Source of the DNA: a virus
Lineage: Duplodnaviria > Caudoviricetes
IMG/VR virus record: IMGVR_UViG_3300005534_000017
Location: 1-54,758 of that record
Length of the DNA stretch: 54,758 bases
Reading direction: 5' to 3' (one strand)
The translations under genes were made by a program, and so were the position numbers. The notes below the pieces were generated by a model. That model saw nothing but the letters and a program-made list of their open reading frames with translations, was not told the origin of the DNA and ran no database searches. This document shows positions 1-9,869 of this stretch, in pieces; position 1 is the first letter of the stretch; each line of letters starts with the position of its first letter.

Positions 1-9
1 ATGAATACT
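1..9 (+). repeat. Terminal direct repeat ATGAATACT (second copy 54750-54758), circularisation overlap
   Basis: The first and last 9 nt are identical. Collapsing them gives a continuous minus-strand ORF MPYASSIHLNQLPPWYEAISRGMLERS. Confidence 0.9.
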
Positions 10-24
10 TGATGCATATGGCAT
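1..24 (-). CDS. 5' end of the ejection/DNA-transfer protein that continues at 54749..53844 (about 309 aa in total)
   Basis: ATG at 24 lies just after the stop of ORF 27..1583, has an upstream GGAG, and is in frame with ORF 53844..54707 across the junction. Confidence 0.85.
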
Positions 25-26
25 GG

Positions 27-1583
27 TTATCTACTCCGTAAATATTGTGCAATCGGTTTTGCTTTGGGAGGAAGCCCTTTTGTATTAGAACGCTTATGTT
101 TTCTTATATTATTTACCATGTTTTTAAGCATGGAAGCGCCTTTCATATTATTACCTTTTCCAATGGCGGTCACTTCTTCTGGGCTTATAAAAGCTTCTCC
201 CGCTGATACTTTTGCTTTAATTGTTCCACGTGGAACACCACCTTTTTTATAGTGTTTTCCAGATGTAAAATGATGTAGCCCTTTTATTTTATTAATCCCT
301 GCTTCAGTATTTCCATCACCTAAATCGCTCACGGTAGATGCATCTATAACATATCCACCTTCTGGTAAATCTCTATCTAATGTATCAGATTGACCACTTT
401 CATGACCTTGGAATAAGTGACCGCCTTCTGCCATTCTTAATGGCCTATCATAACCAGGACCTGAAAAATACATCATTTCAGGCACAAAACCTGGGTTATA
501 ATTATTGGGGTCAAAATATCTTAATGAGCGTTCGTAAGGATTTAATTCTCTAGGATGATGTTCAGGACCCCATTTTGGTCCATGTTCCGCCATATATTCA
601 GCAGAACTTTTTTCTTTAGGAGTTTCATATTTAGCGCCTAATCCTCCTAAAATAGCGGCTCCTAATAATCCTTTATTTAATAAATTACCGCCTAATAATC
701 CTTCGCCTTCCTTTGAAGCCGCACCACCAAAAAGACCTAATAATCCTTTTCCAGCAGAAGGAGTAGCAGCTTTAGCGCCGGCATTTTTTAAAGCTTCAAA
801 TGCCGCTGCACGTCCGGCTGAACCCGCAGCCACAGCAGGAGCAGCAGCCGATTTTAATCCTAATGCGGCGACAGCTCCGGGAAATAACATATGTTTAGCG
901 GCCCCCATTCCAAGTAGGGTTCCTAATCGACCTGCGGGTGCAATTCCAAATGACCGACCTAACATAGGAGCGCCCACGCCTTGAACAGCTCCATGTAATG
1001 CGCCTCTTAACAAGGCGCGTCCAAGCCGAGGATTTTCAGCATTAGCGGCCTCAACTCCACCGCTTGCCAAGGAGCCTCCTAAAACAGATCCAAATGGTCC
1101 ACCTAGCATCATTCCGGCCGCTGAGCCTAGAGTTGGCGCAACCACATCTCTAAAAATTGGAGCCACTACTTCTGCAACGCTATGACCTGCACCTAAAATA
1201 CCGCCATTTCCGTTGTCACCTTCCCACATTCTTTCCCACCATCCAAATTGAGGTAATCCAGAAATAGGATTAATATCGCCACCATGAAGCATAGAAAGTT
1301 CCATTGCTTCTTGTGGATTGATATGAGCTAATATTTTGTCGTCACCAAAACCTTGTTCTCTTATTTTTTCGACGGCTTTACGAAGTGAATTTAAAGAAAC
1401 TCGACCACCTTTAGCATAAGTTTGTAAGGGCATTGGGTTCACATTAGAATTTTGACTTCCAAAGCTTGGATAGCCTTGCATTCCAAGACCACTATTTCCC
1501 ATGGGTTGAGGAATTTCTTCTTGGTGCATTCCATAGGGAACGTCTTGTTCATAAGGCGTATAAAATTGTGATTCTTGCATCAT
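27..1583 (-). CDS. Internal virion / ejection (DNA-transfer-like) protein
   Basis: Gly/Ala-rich hydrophobic middle, LAHINPQE..GGDINPISGLPQF motif, several (Y/M)xxGG motifs, and position directly after the tail genes. Confidence 0.65.
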   Translation of the reverse strand: MMQESQFYTPYEQDVPYGMHQEEIPQPMGNSGLGMQGYPSFGSQNSNVNPMPLQTYAKGGRVSLNSLRKAVEKIREQGFGDDKILAHINPQEAMELSMLHGGDINPISGLPQFGWWERMWEGDNGNGGILGAGHSVAEVVAPIFRDVVAPTLGSAAGMMLGGPFGSVLGGSLASGGVEAANAENPRLGRALLRGALHGAVQGVGAPMLGRSFGIAPAGRLGTLLGMGAAKHMLFPGAVAALGLKSAAAPAVAAGSAGRAAAFEALKNAGAKAATPSAGKGLLGLFGGAASKEGEGLLGGNLLNKGLLGAAILGGLGAKYETPKEKSSAEYMAEHGPKWGPEHHPRELNPYERSLRYFDPNNYNPGFVPEMMYFSGPGYDRPLRMAEGGHLFQGHESGQSDTLDRDLPEGGYVIDASTVSDLGDGNTEAGINKIKGLHHFTSGKHYKKGGVPRGTIKAKVSAGEAFISPEEVTAIGKGNNMKGASMLKNMVNNIRKHKRSNTKGLPPKAKPIAQYLRSR

Positions 1584-1587
1584 TTTG

Positions 1588-1601
1588 ACTCATCCTTGAG
1601 T
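1588..1601 (-). promoter_or_regulatory. CsrA-type site ACUC-AAGGAU-GAGU at an ejection-protein SD
   Basis: UCAAGGAUGA with outer stem pairs that covary with the 9842 and 12260 copies. Confidence 0.65.
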
Positions 1602-1823
1602 TAATCCAACAGTCAGAAATAGGTCATTCGCCCAATCCTGCCATCTGTCATACAAATCCGTTTTTGGAGCATTCAAACTTTCAAATATGGGTGAAAAAAC
1701 AATCGTATTGCCCCAATCTTTCCACATATCTTCAGTATAGAGGATTGGAAGATTTTCGTTAGGAAAGTCTATTAAAAGTGAATCTGCCCAATCCCGTAAA
1801 TTCGAATAACCAGGAAGGATCAT
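1590..1823 (-). CDS. Small Trp-rich virion-associated protein
   Basis: 77 aa, ATGA-coupled to the upstream tail gene. Confidence 0.6.
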   Translation of the reverse strand: MILPGYSNLRDWADSLLIDFPNENLPILYTEDMWKDWGNTIVFSPIFESLNAPKTDLYDRWQDWANDLFLTVGLTQG

Positions 1824-3352
1824 GACCTTCCATCCCCAATGCTTAAATTTAAAATAGTTTGACCCATTTCATAGTAGCCACCTAACACATTACTTTCAAA
1901 CCTTAATGTCATATGTCGTCTTTGTTCTCTTGGATTTAAACGTGTGGTATTAGGTCCAAAAGTTAATGGGACTGAACTTACGACGGGATCTCTAGAATAT
2001 TCCCTTCCATTTACGGTAAAGGAAATATTGCCCGTTTGAATAAAATCCGGCTCCATTTGTAATATTTCGACCCAACGATTAACGCCTGTCCACTGTCCGG
2101 TGGGCCCTAATGCACAAAAAGCGATGTCCCCAGTTTCAAAATAGGAATCGATTGGAAATGAGGTTTGATTAAGTAATACCTGGTCAGTTCCTTTTTCATG
2201 GGTATAAATTGAATATTGATTATTAATGTCTGGGGTATTGGTTGACCATATAGGAAAAGGATAAGTTTGTTCAAAATAACCTGCCCCTCGATTCATCATG
2301 GTATCATACCATTTATTTTCTCTAACATTATAAATGACCGCAGCATTGCATTCCGTTGCATTTCCAAAGGGATAAAACCACCAAATTTCCCCTTTTCTAG
2401 GGAATTTAGTTGCCCATACTTTTTGTCGATAGGCATAATTAATATTATTAAAAAAATAATTAAGATTCATATCATTTGGAATTTCTCGCACCGTTCCGGT
2501 ATAGACACAAAAACGATCCACCGCTGCCCAATAATAATAGCCGTCATATTCAATAGCTGAATTTTGAGATAATATGGAGTTTTGATCAGTAATGGTGTCA
2601 AATGCAAAATTTGGTTCATTTCCGATAGGTGAAAAATAAGCCCGGATGAGGGAGTCCAGGCTCCAAAAAAGAGCGCCTGGAGCGGCATTTCCTGCTCTCG
2701 TTTGTATAGCTGTTACGATTTTTTGTGAACATACCGATTCGGAATTAATGATAGTGGTAGGATCATCTGCATTGCTCCAAGAAACTATCCCATCGCTTCC
2801 ATAAGTTAATAAATAAGGATGTAGAGCAATCATGCCTCCTGATACCGATTCATTGGTGGGAACTAAGGGAGTCGTCTGGTCTATACCACCTGAAGATAAA
2901 ACTCCATAATAAACAGGCGTAGAAACAGCGCTATTGATATCAGAAAGATTGGGGGCTGCATGAGCAAAGATGTAGCTTAATTCAGTATTAGGAGAATAAA
3001 GAACGTCAAAAGTCCACATATTATTGACATCGGTTCTAAATCCAACCGGTGTCCTATTATAACCCAATGGATTTCCCACTAAAACGCCATTTCCATCAAT
3101 AAAAAATTCTTTTAGTGTATTCTGGTCACCAGAAAATATTGCCACTTCTCCAAGACCGACCGTTGGATTAACATAGATTCCACGGGGTGGGAAAGTAAGG
3201 CCTCCAACAGTTTGTACAAATCCCCCCATTTTTTGAGGAAGACCGCGTTGAAACCGACAATGTTGACCGTCAATATAAAAATTACCCGCATACTGCGTAC
3301 CGTCCCGTCGGATACCGGCCTGTGTATTGATAGGATAGTATTTGCCGCTCAT
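1820..3352 (-). CDS. Tail stabilisation/nozzle protein (P22 gp10/T7 gp12-like position)
   Basis: 510 aa, beta-rich, N-terminal GIRRDGTQY..DGQHCRFQRGLPQKMGG, EIWWFYP motif, follows the adaptor gene. Confidence 0.7.
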   Translation of the reverse strand: MSGKYYPINTQAGIRRDGTQYAGNFYIDGQHCRFQRGLPQKMGGFVQTVGGLTFPPRGIYVNPTVGLGEVAIFSGDQNTLKEFFIDGNGVLVGNPLGYNRTPVGFRTDVNNMWTFDVLYSPNTELSYIFAHAAPNLSDINSAVSTPVYYGVLSSGGIDQTTPLVPTNESVSGGMIALHPYLLTYGSDGIVSWSNADDPTTIINSESVCSQKIVTAIQTRAGNAAPGALFWSLDSLIRAYFSPIGNEPNFAFDTITDQNSILSQNSAIEYDGYYYWAAVDRFCVYTGTVREIPNDMNLNYFFNNINYAYRQKVWATKFPRKGEIWWFYPFGNATECNAAVIYNVRENKWYDTMMNRGAGYFEQTYPFPIWSTNTPDINNQYSIYTHEKGTDQVLLNQTSFPIDSYFETGDIAFCALGPTGQWTGVNRWVEILQMEPDFIQTGNISFTVNGREYSRDPVVSSVPLTFGPNTTRLNPREQRRHMTLRFESNVLGGYYEMGQTILNLSIGDGRS

Positions 3353-3996
3353 TAATCTGAATCCCGTTTACTAATACGGTCATTAAAGGATTTCTTATCT
3401 TGATAATTTAAAGTATTCATAGCCTCTTCATAATAAGATTTCCAAAGAGGAGCTCTCTCATCATCCTTTAAGAAAGGTATAGCCTTAGTTAGGCTACCCC
3501 ATAAAAGAGCATCGGGCGCATAATTGGTTAACCAATTGGTTTGGTTATTGACATTAATGGGAACTGGCATTTCTAAGTAAGCTATTTGAAAGGGGTAACT
3601 TAAATTTGGAATTGGCGCTATTAACCAATTATTGAATCCATAATCGGAATAAAATAAAGGAAGACCTCCCAACGTAGTATTTGGTGCATAATCTCTTACA
3701 TATTCATAATCTCTTAATTGAAGGATATTAATTGTATTACCGGTTAAATCCGTTCCACAGGTAAAACTTATATTACGTCTCCATCGAGCGGGTTTTGCAA
3801 TAACTGCTCCACCGTTTTGGGCGTTGGCTATAAAGTTACCGTTAACATATTGTTCGTAGCCTAAATTTTCATATTTACGGCATATTTCTTGATGGGTTAA
3901 ATAGATAAAATTAGGGATATTGGCCAAAGTTGTTGCGTTTGTTGTATTAAGATAGTCGGTTATATTTTGAACCAAGGAATTATAGGTCATCGCCAT
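3352..3996 (-). CDS. Head-tail adaptor (tail tubular A-like)
   Basis: MTYNSL..I.DYL, IAPIP and TNWL...APDALLWGSL motifs typical of podoviral adaptors. Confidence 0.7.
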   Translation of the reverse strand: MAMTYNSLVQNITDYLNTTNATTLANIPNFIYLTHQEICRKYENLGYEQYVNGNFIANAQNGGAVIAKPARWRRNISFTCGTDLTGNTINILQLRDYEYVRDYAPNTTLGGLPLFYSDYGFNNWLIAPIPNLSYPFQIAYLEMPVPINVNNQTNWLTNYAPDALLWGSLTKAIPFLKDDERAPLWKSYYEEAMNTLNYQDKKSFNDRISKRDSD

Positions 3997-4008
3997 GATT
4001 TATGCTCC

Positions 4009-4893
4009 TTATGCAACCACCATCCACCAGCAAAAATGTTGCGTATCATTGCTATTGGTTGAAGCAAAATCTAATGTTTTTGCGCCACCATTAGGATTAA
4101 TCATTAAAAAGCCTTGATTAGAAGGATTTGAGTCTGGTGTAATGGTTGAGACCAAAACAATACTATTATTAGTCACAAAATCATTATTAATTCTAACTCG
4201 ACCAGCTGAAAGTTGACCCTTTCCATAGGTAACAGCTGTTCCAGGAGAAGGGTCTCTTGCGCCTCTTTGTATTCCAATATTATTTAATGTAATGGCTGGA
4301 TAATCGACTTGAGGAACATTAATTATATACCAAGCAATAACATTGTTGGCATTTGATGCAGTTGAACTAATAGTAAAAGAGCTACCACCGGAAACAGCAG
4401 AAACCCATAGGTTTCCAACTCTTGAAAAATCAGTTCCTGTGTAATTAGAATAAAATAATAAATTTCCAGATGAAACTTGATTTGTATTAATGGTGACAGA
4501 ACCAGAACCATTCATTGTCGCAGTACCAACTGTGGCACTTCCTGGCGTTAAACTATAACTTCTAGGACAAACAACTGTCGTTATAGTCGGAATCGATGTA
4601 TTGCCAGGCGTTCCAGGCAAAATCATCCAATTAACGAGTGATGTATCCAGCATATTTGTAGATTGAATTGTGATTTGACTTTGATTTGCAGGAGGAGCGC
4701 TCACATTTGCATAGGCATAAATATTTCCTAACTGACCACTATTTGTTCTTGGACAGGCCATGACTATACCATCCACAACAGATGTATTAAGCCAACTGGT
4801 AGCCTGTGTATAATTTTGTACATTCGTCCCAATTGTATTTAAAGCGCTATTTGGTTCGCCCAGAATACATAATGTATTGTAATAATTAGTCAT
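4009..4893 (-). CDS. Fibre/spike-associated structural protein with three internal repeats
   Basis: The segment (I/F)TI.ST....(S/N/Q).(V/I/F).W.(I/M) occurs three times; the protein is Ser/Thr/Asn-rich. Confidence 0.55.
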   Translation of the reverse strand: MTNYYNTLCILGEPNSALNTIGTNVQNYTQATSWLNTSVVDGIVMACPRTNSGQLGNIYAYANVSAPPANQSQITIQSTNMLDTSLVNWMILPGTPGNTSIPTITTVVCPRSYSLTPGSATVGTATMNGSGSVTINTNQVSSGNLLFYSNYTGTDFSRVGNLWVSAVSGGSSFTISSTASNANNVIAWYIINVPQVDYPAITLNNIGIQRGARDPSPGTAVTYGKGQLSAGRVRINNDFVTNNSIVLVSTITPDSNPSNQGFLMINPNGGAKTLDFASTNSNDTQHFCWWMVVA

Positions 4894-4904
4894 ACTCTAT
4901 ATCC

Positions 4905-5189
4905 TTAAACGGGTGGAAATGGAGGCCACCAATTAGGCTGACTTTGTTCTTCTGTTACATTAACAACGCCAGCAATCATTTGATCTTGAGTCCAACTTCC
5001 CATAGGGCTCATATACCCTTCAGGTGGCGGCATAATGAAAAAATATACCGTTGGTGTTGTATAGTTTTGCGTAGGCGTTGCCCAAGTTTCTGTATAACCA
5101 TCAGGAAACCCGCAATTTGAATTAATTTGGGCAATAGCTGCATTAATGTCATCTAATGTGCCAGTATAAAATGTATTCCAAACCGTCAT
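4905..5189 (-). CDS. Small protein of the fibre module (possible fibre assembly factor)
   Basis: ATG at 5189 overlaps the upstream stop (ATGA). Confidence 0.55.
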   Translation of the reverse strand: MTVWNTFYTGTLDDINAAIAQINSNCGFPDGYTETWATPTQNYTTPTVYFFIMPPPEGYMSPMGSWTQDQMIAGVVNVTEEQSQPNWWPPFPPV

Positions 5190-5941
5190 ACTGTAACTCC
5201 CCATTTATTTTTAAGATAATTATTAATAAGTGTTAAATTGCTTCCACTCAAAGAAGTGTTAAAAAATAACAATTCAGATATTTTACCAGCCCAAAAAACA
5301 GCTGCTGGTAGCGCAAGTTGAATTGCGCCGATTGAAGAATGAGTGGCTGGGGTATTAAGGGTGGTAGAAGTACCGGTTAATGTTTGATTTACGCCAGCAA
5401 TTCTAGTTGCAAAAGCCGATGTTGCTTGTCCGGCTTGCGCATTTAAGTAAAATAAATATGGCGTAGAAGTGCTAAGAGAAGTTTGCCCGGTTTCTCCAAA
5501 ACCGTCATTTTCAAAATTTAAAAAATAATTTCCGCCGACGCCGCCATTAAATATTCCTAATGATAATCTTTGGCTTGTCAGATCAACGCCATGCGAAAAA
5601 AAGTATCCTTGAACTAAAGAAGAAATGGTAGTAACACAAAAGATGGTTCTAGCTCCACTTCCGCTTGGAAAATTATTGAAACCAGGATTCATAAAGCTAG
5701 TAGTTCCATTAAAATTTATAGCGGGTAATCCATTAACTTGATTTGTGTTAAATATTGGCTGATTAGCCCCTGTAGATTGTGTAGCATTATTTCCAGATGT
5801 AGATTTATCTTTCCATGTAGCTAAAGAAGACCCATTAGATGGCAAGACACCATTTGCTGATGGATCTGAAGCATCCAGCCAAAGAACAAGGCTTCCAATC
5901 TGACGAGGATTAAAATAATGATTGCTTGCAAAAAAACTCAT
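5186..5941 (-). CDS. LamG/concanavalin-A-like lectin-domain virion protein
   Basis: LVLWLDASD, WKDKS.SGNNATQ, ANQP, NGLPAI.F.G, G.ISELL.FN..LS and NYLKNKWG motifs; ATGA coupling at 5938-5941. Confidence 0.75.
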   Translation of the reverse strand: MSFFASNHYFNPRQIGSLVLWLDASDPSANGVLPSNGSSLATWKDKSTSGNNATQSTGANQPIFNTNQVNGLPAINFNGTTSFMNPGFNNFPSGSGARTIFCVTTISSLVQGYFFSHGVDLTSQRLSLGIFNGGVGGNYFLNFENDGFGETGQTSLSTSTPYLFYLNAQAGQATSAFATRIAGVNQTLTGTSTTLNTPATHSSIGAIQLALPAAVFWAGKISELLFFNTSLSGSNLTLINNYLKNKWGVTV

Positions 5942-7248
5942 GCTGTTAAATTTCCTACTAATGACCAAGTATTTGTAGAAAGCTTCTTAAGCGTCGCGCC
6001 AGAATATTGAGCGCCCACTTTTAAGTTGCTGAACATGCTTTGAATCGTAACGCCGCCAGCCGCCGCAATAACAACTTGCCCTGCGCCTTGTTGAAATAAA
6101 TCAATTTCTGTATCAATTGGGAATGCAACACTTGCATTTGTTGGTACAGTAAATGTCTGAGCGGAAGCATTATTGCAAACCTGAAATGTATCAGCATCAG
6201 TCAAAGCAAATGTATAAGTAGTATTGGTATTGGAAATTGATGTTCTGTGCGGTAGTGCTCTAGTAGCAGCACTCATATTGGTTATATAGCTTGGTATTCC
6301 TGAAACAGAATAATATACGCTTCCCGAGGAAGGCGTTGCAGGCGTTGAACTTGAATCTGCTACCTTCATAGCCGATACGTTTGAAATGGTGCCTACATCT
6401 AAATTATAAGCAGGAGCGCTATTATTTAATCCAACAAAACAACCATTACCAATATTGGCAGCATTAGAAACGGTAACCGTAGTATTATATCCCAATGCCA
6501 TTGCATTACTTAAAGCATCAGAAGCATTAGAACTATATCCAATCAATGTTAGATTGGTAGCCGCACTCGTTGGAGTGGTACCACAAGTAGAACCAATAAT
6601 GGTACAACCACTTGCGGAAACTAAATTAATAACACTATTAGTTCCGACCATGGTATTATTTGGACAACTTCCAGCTAATTGATAGCCCGTGCTTGCACCG
6701 ATATAAGCGGAATTTGAACCAGAACCCACATTTTGACCGGCCTGCCAACCTATAAAAATACCACCATTATCATTAAATGAACTTCCTGTTTGCGAACCAA
6801 TTGCAACTGTTTTTGTGGTTGAACTAGAATTTAGAAGAGCTTGGAATCCAATCGCTACATTATCAGAAATTGCACCAGAACCATTTGATAAAGCTCCAAA
6901 ACCAATGGCCATATTTCTTATACAGCCTGTTGTGACGCCTGATAAACATAAATCGCCAATGGCAACATTATATTGAGAATTACCTGCTCCCGCATCATTT
7001 AAACTGAATAAGGCATCGTGACCGATTGCGATATTGCTAGATTGAATTGTATTATTTGCAAGGGCATTAGTTCCGATTACAACACAATATTGAGCCGTGG
7101 TTAATGCAGCACCCCCACCAAATGAATAAATATAATTATCGGTTCCAGTCGTTAATGTCGAAATTAACGAACCTTCAATTAAATTATTTTTAGTCGATGA
7201 AATCACAATCTCTGGATTTGCGGCATTATCTCTTAATGATATGGTCAT
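5938..7248 (-). CDS. Tail fibre/adhesin with N.AIG..AL beta-solenoid repeats
   Basis: Repeated NIAIG/NVAIG/NMAIG motifs; C-terminal YTFALTDA..TVPTNASVAFPI..Q.GAGQV domain. Confidence 0.75.
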   Translation of the reverse strand: MTISLRDNAANPEIVISSTKNNLIEGSLISTLTTGTDNYIYSFGGGAALTTAQYCVVIGTNALANNTIQSSNIAIGHDALFSLNDAGAGNSQYNVAIGDLCLSGVTTGCIRNMAIGFGALSNGSGAISDNVAIGFQALLNSSSTTKTVAIGSQTGSSFNDNGGIFIGWQAGQNVGSGSNSAYIGASTGYQLAGSCPNNTMVGTNSVINLVSASGCTIIGSTCGTTPTSAATNLTLIGYSSNASDALSNAMALGYNTTVTVSNAANIGNGCFVGLNNSAPAYNLDVGTISNVSAMKVADSSSTPATPSSGSVYYSVSGIPSYITNMSAATRALPHRTSISNTNTTYTFALTDADTFQVCNNASAQTFTVPTNASVAFPIDTEIDLFQQGAGQVVIAAAGGVTIQSMFSNLKVGAQYSGATLKKLSTNTWSLVGNLTA

Positions 7249-7265
7249 GTTTCAATTCCTTTTGA

Positions 7266-9839
7266 TTATCCAATCTGATATTGAACGGTTATTGTCCAAT
7301 TGTAAGTTAATGCGGTAACTCCTGTTGCATGCAATCTAACCGCTTGAGTTCCCGTGTTTGCGCTTACTGAAAAATCACCTGTTGAGGTCACATTCTTGTT
7401 GTATTCAGCTCCAACCATTGATATATTTCCAGCTGCTCTCATAAAGGATGCAACAATGTTACCGCCTGTTGAATCTACATGCGTGGTATCAACACCCGTA
7501 ATTGTTACCTGAACCGTTACACCTTTATTTACGGGAAGTACTAATAAATCCAATGCCAAATCAGTGGTTCCTGAGGTTTGAGCGGTATAGGTATAAGTCA
7601 AAAGTCCAGAGCTTGCAGTAGTTGGAACCGCAGTTCCAGTTGCTTGGCGGGTGGCTGATACATTAGATATATTTGCAATATCTAAGTTATAAGCGGGTGA
7701 TGGTTGATTAATGCCGACATTACAAGCGCTACCCAAATTGATAGCATTGCTGACATTAATATTGGTTTGATAACCAAAGGCACCAGAATTTGTTAATGAA
7801 TCTGTACCTGTTGTTTGAGACCCGATGTAAGTACAATTGGTAGCCGTTGTCAGAGCGGATGCGGCCAAATGTCCTAGAAACACGGATTCCGAAGAAGTAG
7901 TAATGGAATTGCCAGCACGGGATCCAATATATGTTCCATTAGAACCTGAATTTAATGAAAATCCAGCACTTTTTCCAACCCCAATGTTACTTACAGAGTT
8001 TCCAGGTGCTCCGTCGGCAAGCGTATTTAATGCTTGAGAACCGATGGCTATACATTCAATTTGAACTTTATTGCTTAAAAGTGCCTCTACACCGATGGCT
8101 ACGCAGTTTGTTGCCGTTGTTATATTGCGGCCTGCTTCAACACCCACTAATGTATTATTAGATGCCCCACTAGCTAAATTAAGACCAGCAAAATTACCTA
8201 CAACTGTACAGTTAGAAATACCTGTTAATGTCGTTTGAGTATTAAATCCGATAACTAAGTTATCGGTTCCAGCACTAATATGTGTATCATTAATAATGGT
8301 TGCGCTAGATGCAGCGGTTAAGAATCCTAAATTATTAACAGTAAAGTTTCCAACAGTATAAGAACCCGCTGTTACACCGGATGGTGATATTGGTATTGCA
8401 TGCGGAACACCATCTGTTCCCATATAGGTTGGAACACCACTATTAGAATACAATATATAGCCGCTTCCAGGTGTTGGAGGTAATGTGCTATTTGGGAAAT
8501 GAATAGCGGATATTCCACCAATCGTTCCCATATCTAATGAGTACGCAGGTGCTGAATTATTTAAACCTACATAACAACCATTGCCTAAATTTATTGCATT
8601 ACTAACGGTAATAGATGCGTTATAACCTAAAGCACCAGCATTGGATATTCCATTAGTAACCGTTGTTATCTTACCTATCGCAAATACGTTCGTAGCACTC
8701 GTGGTGGCTTGCATTGCGCCACTTCCGATAGCTATTGCACCACCGCCCGTTACAATTGAAGCAGCTGCACTAAATCCAACGGCAACGACATCATTTAATG
8801 TTGAAAGTGAAGAACCTGCCAACTCCCCGAGTAAAACGTTGAAATTACCCGATGTTAATGCAAAACCACTATCATGGCCTGCTGCCAAATTTTGTACACC
8901 CGTTGTTATGGCATGCAAACTATTAATACCAAGGCCAGTATTAAATTCAGCGCTGGTATAGGTTAGATTTCCGGCCCCTGTTCCGATAAAGAAATTGCCA
9001 TTCGCAAATCCATCATCAATAATGGTGGTTGGATGACCTGGTGAATAATAATCAACTCCGGCTAGAGCATCCGAAACAACACCTGTTCCAGTCGTAACTT
9101 TCATTAATCCGGTCGATAAACTTGATAAAACTTGTGCGTTAGGTAAGAAGGCACTAGCTGTTTGAATTAGATAGGTTCCATTTGCTGGGGCTCCTCCTGA
9201 ACCACCACCACTTGAAACAGTCGTAATTCGACCATATGCATCAACCGTGATATCTGCTTGAGTATAAGAACCCGGTGTCGCGCCGGTCGCGGCAAGATTT
9301 ATAGTTGGATTTCCTAAAGTACCGTCGGCATTACCAATTGATATATTAAGAACGTTTCCAGAAGCAAGAGAGCGTGTAAAATAATTGCTCCCCGCTTTTA
9401 CCATCAAACCAAAGGTCACTAAATCACTTAAGTTTTGTAAATTTGAGCTTAATGTTCCTGTAATAGTTCCTGAAGCAGTAATGGGACCACCGCTAAAGCT
9501 TACACCAGAGCCTGAGCTTACAACATTGACTGAAGTTACCGTACCAGCGCCTGTAAAAGCAGCCCAAGTACTCGTATTATCAAATAATTGGATTCCACCG
9601 GTTGTAGAATTAAATATTAACATTCCAGGCGTTGCATTTAACAAATTTCGAGCAGCTGTTGTCATTCTGGGTAACAATAAAGCGCCAAGAGATGATTGAA
9701 TTTCAAGAGCAGCAGAAACAGGTGCGCCATTGGCTTGTGATAGAAGTGTGGGTATTTCCGGTACTCCATTAACGCTTATGCTATCTGCAATCAAGACACC
9801 TGTTTGCATGCTGCTTGGATATTGTAAGTTTATAGCCAT
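7266..9839 (-). CDS. Long tail fibre/adhesin (857 aa)
   Basis: N-terminal LEIQS.LGALLLPRMT domain, GSYT...ITVD.YGRIT motif, many N..(I/V)G..AG beta-solenoid repeats. Confidence 0.8.
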   Translation of the reverse strand: MAINLQYPSSMQTGVLIADSISVNGVPEIPTLLSQANGAPVSAALEIQSSLGALLLPRMTTAARNLLNATPGMLIFNSTTGGIQLFDNTSTWAAFTGAGTVTSVNVVSSGSGVSFSGGPITASGTITGTLSSNLQNLSDLVTFGLMVKAGSNYFTRSLASGNVLNISIGNADGTLGNPTINLAATGATPGSYTQADITVDAYGRITTVSSGGGSGGAPANGTYLIQTASAFLPNAQVLSSLSTGLMKVTTGTGVVSDALAGVDYYSPGHPTTIIDDGFANGNFFIGTGAGNLTYTSAEFNTGLGINSLHAITTGVQNLAAGHDSGFALTSGNFNVLLGELAGSSLSTLNDVVAVGFSAAASIVTGGGAIAIGSGAMQATTSATNVFAIGKITTVTNGISNAGALGYNASITVSNAINLGNGCYVGLNNSAPAYSLDMGTIGGISAIHFPNSTLPPTPGSGYILYSNSGVPTYMGTDGVPHAIPISPSGVTAGSYTVGNFTVNNLGFLTAASSATIINDTHISAGTDNLVIGFNTQTTLTGISNCTVVGNFAGLNLASGASNNTLVGVEAGRNITTATNCVAIGVEALLSNKVQIECIAIGSQALNTLADGAPGNSVSNIGVGKSAGFSLNSGSNGTYIGSRAGNSITTSSESVFLGHLAASALTTATNCTYIGSQTTGTDSLTNSGAFGYQTNINVSNAINLGSACNVGINQPSPAYNLDIANISNVSATRQATGTAVPTTASSGLLTYTYTAQTSGTTDLALDLLVLPVNKGVTVQVTITGVDTTHVDSTGGNIVASFMRAAGNISMVGAEYNKNVTSTGDFSVSANTGTQAVRLHATGVTALTYNWTITVQYQIG

Positions 9840-9841
9840 TT

Positions 9842-9855
9842 TTTCATCCTTGAAA
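9842..9855 (-). promoter_or_regulatory. CsrA-type site UUUC-AAGGAU-GAAA at a fibre-gene SD
   Basis: UCAAGGAUGA; a second hairpin UUAA-AGGAU-UUAA lies at 9861-9873. Confidence 0.65.
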
Positions 9856-9869
9856 TTTTGTTAAATCCT

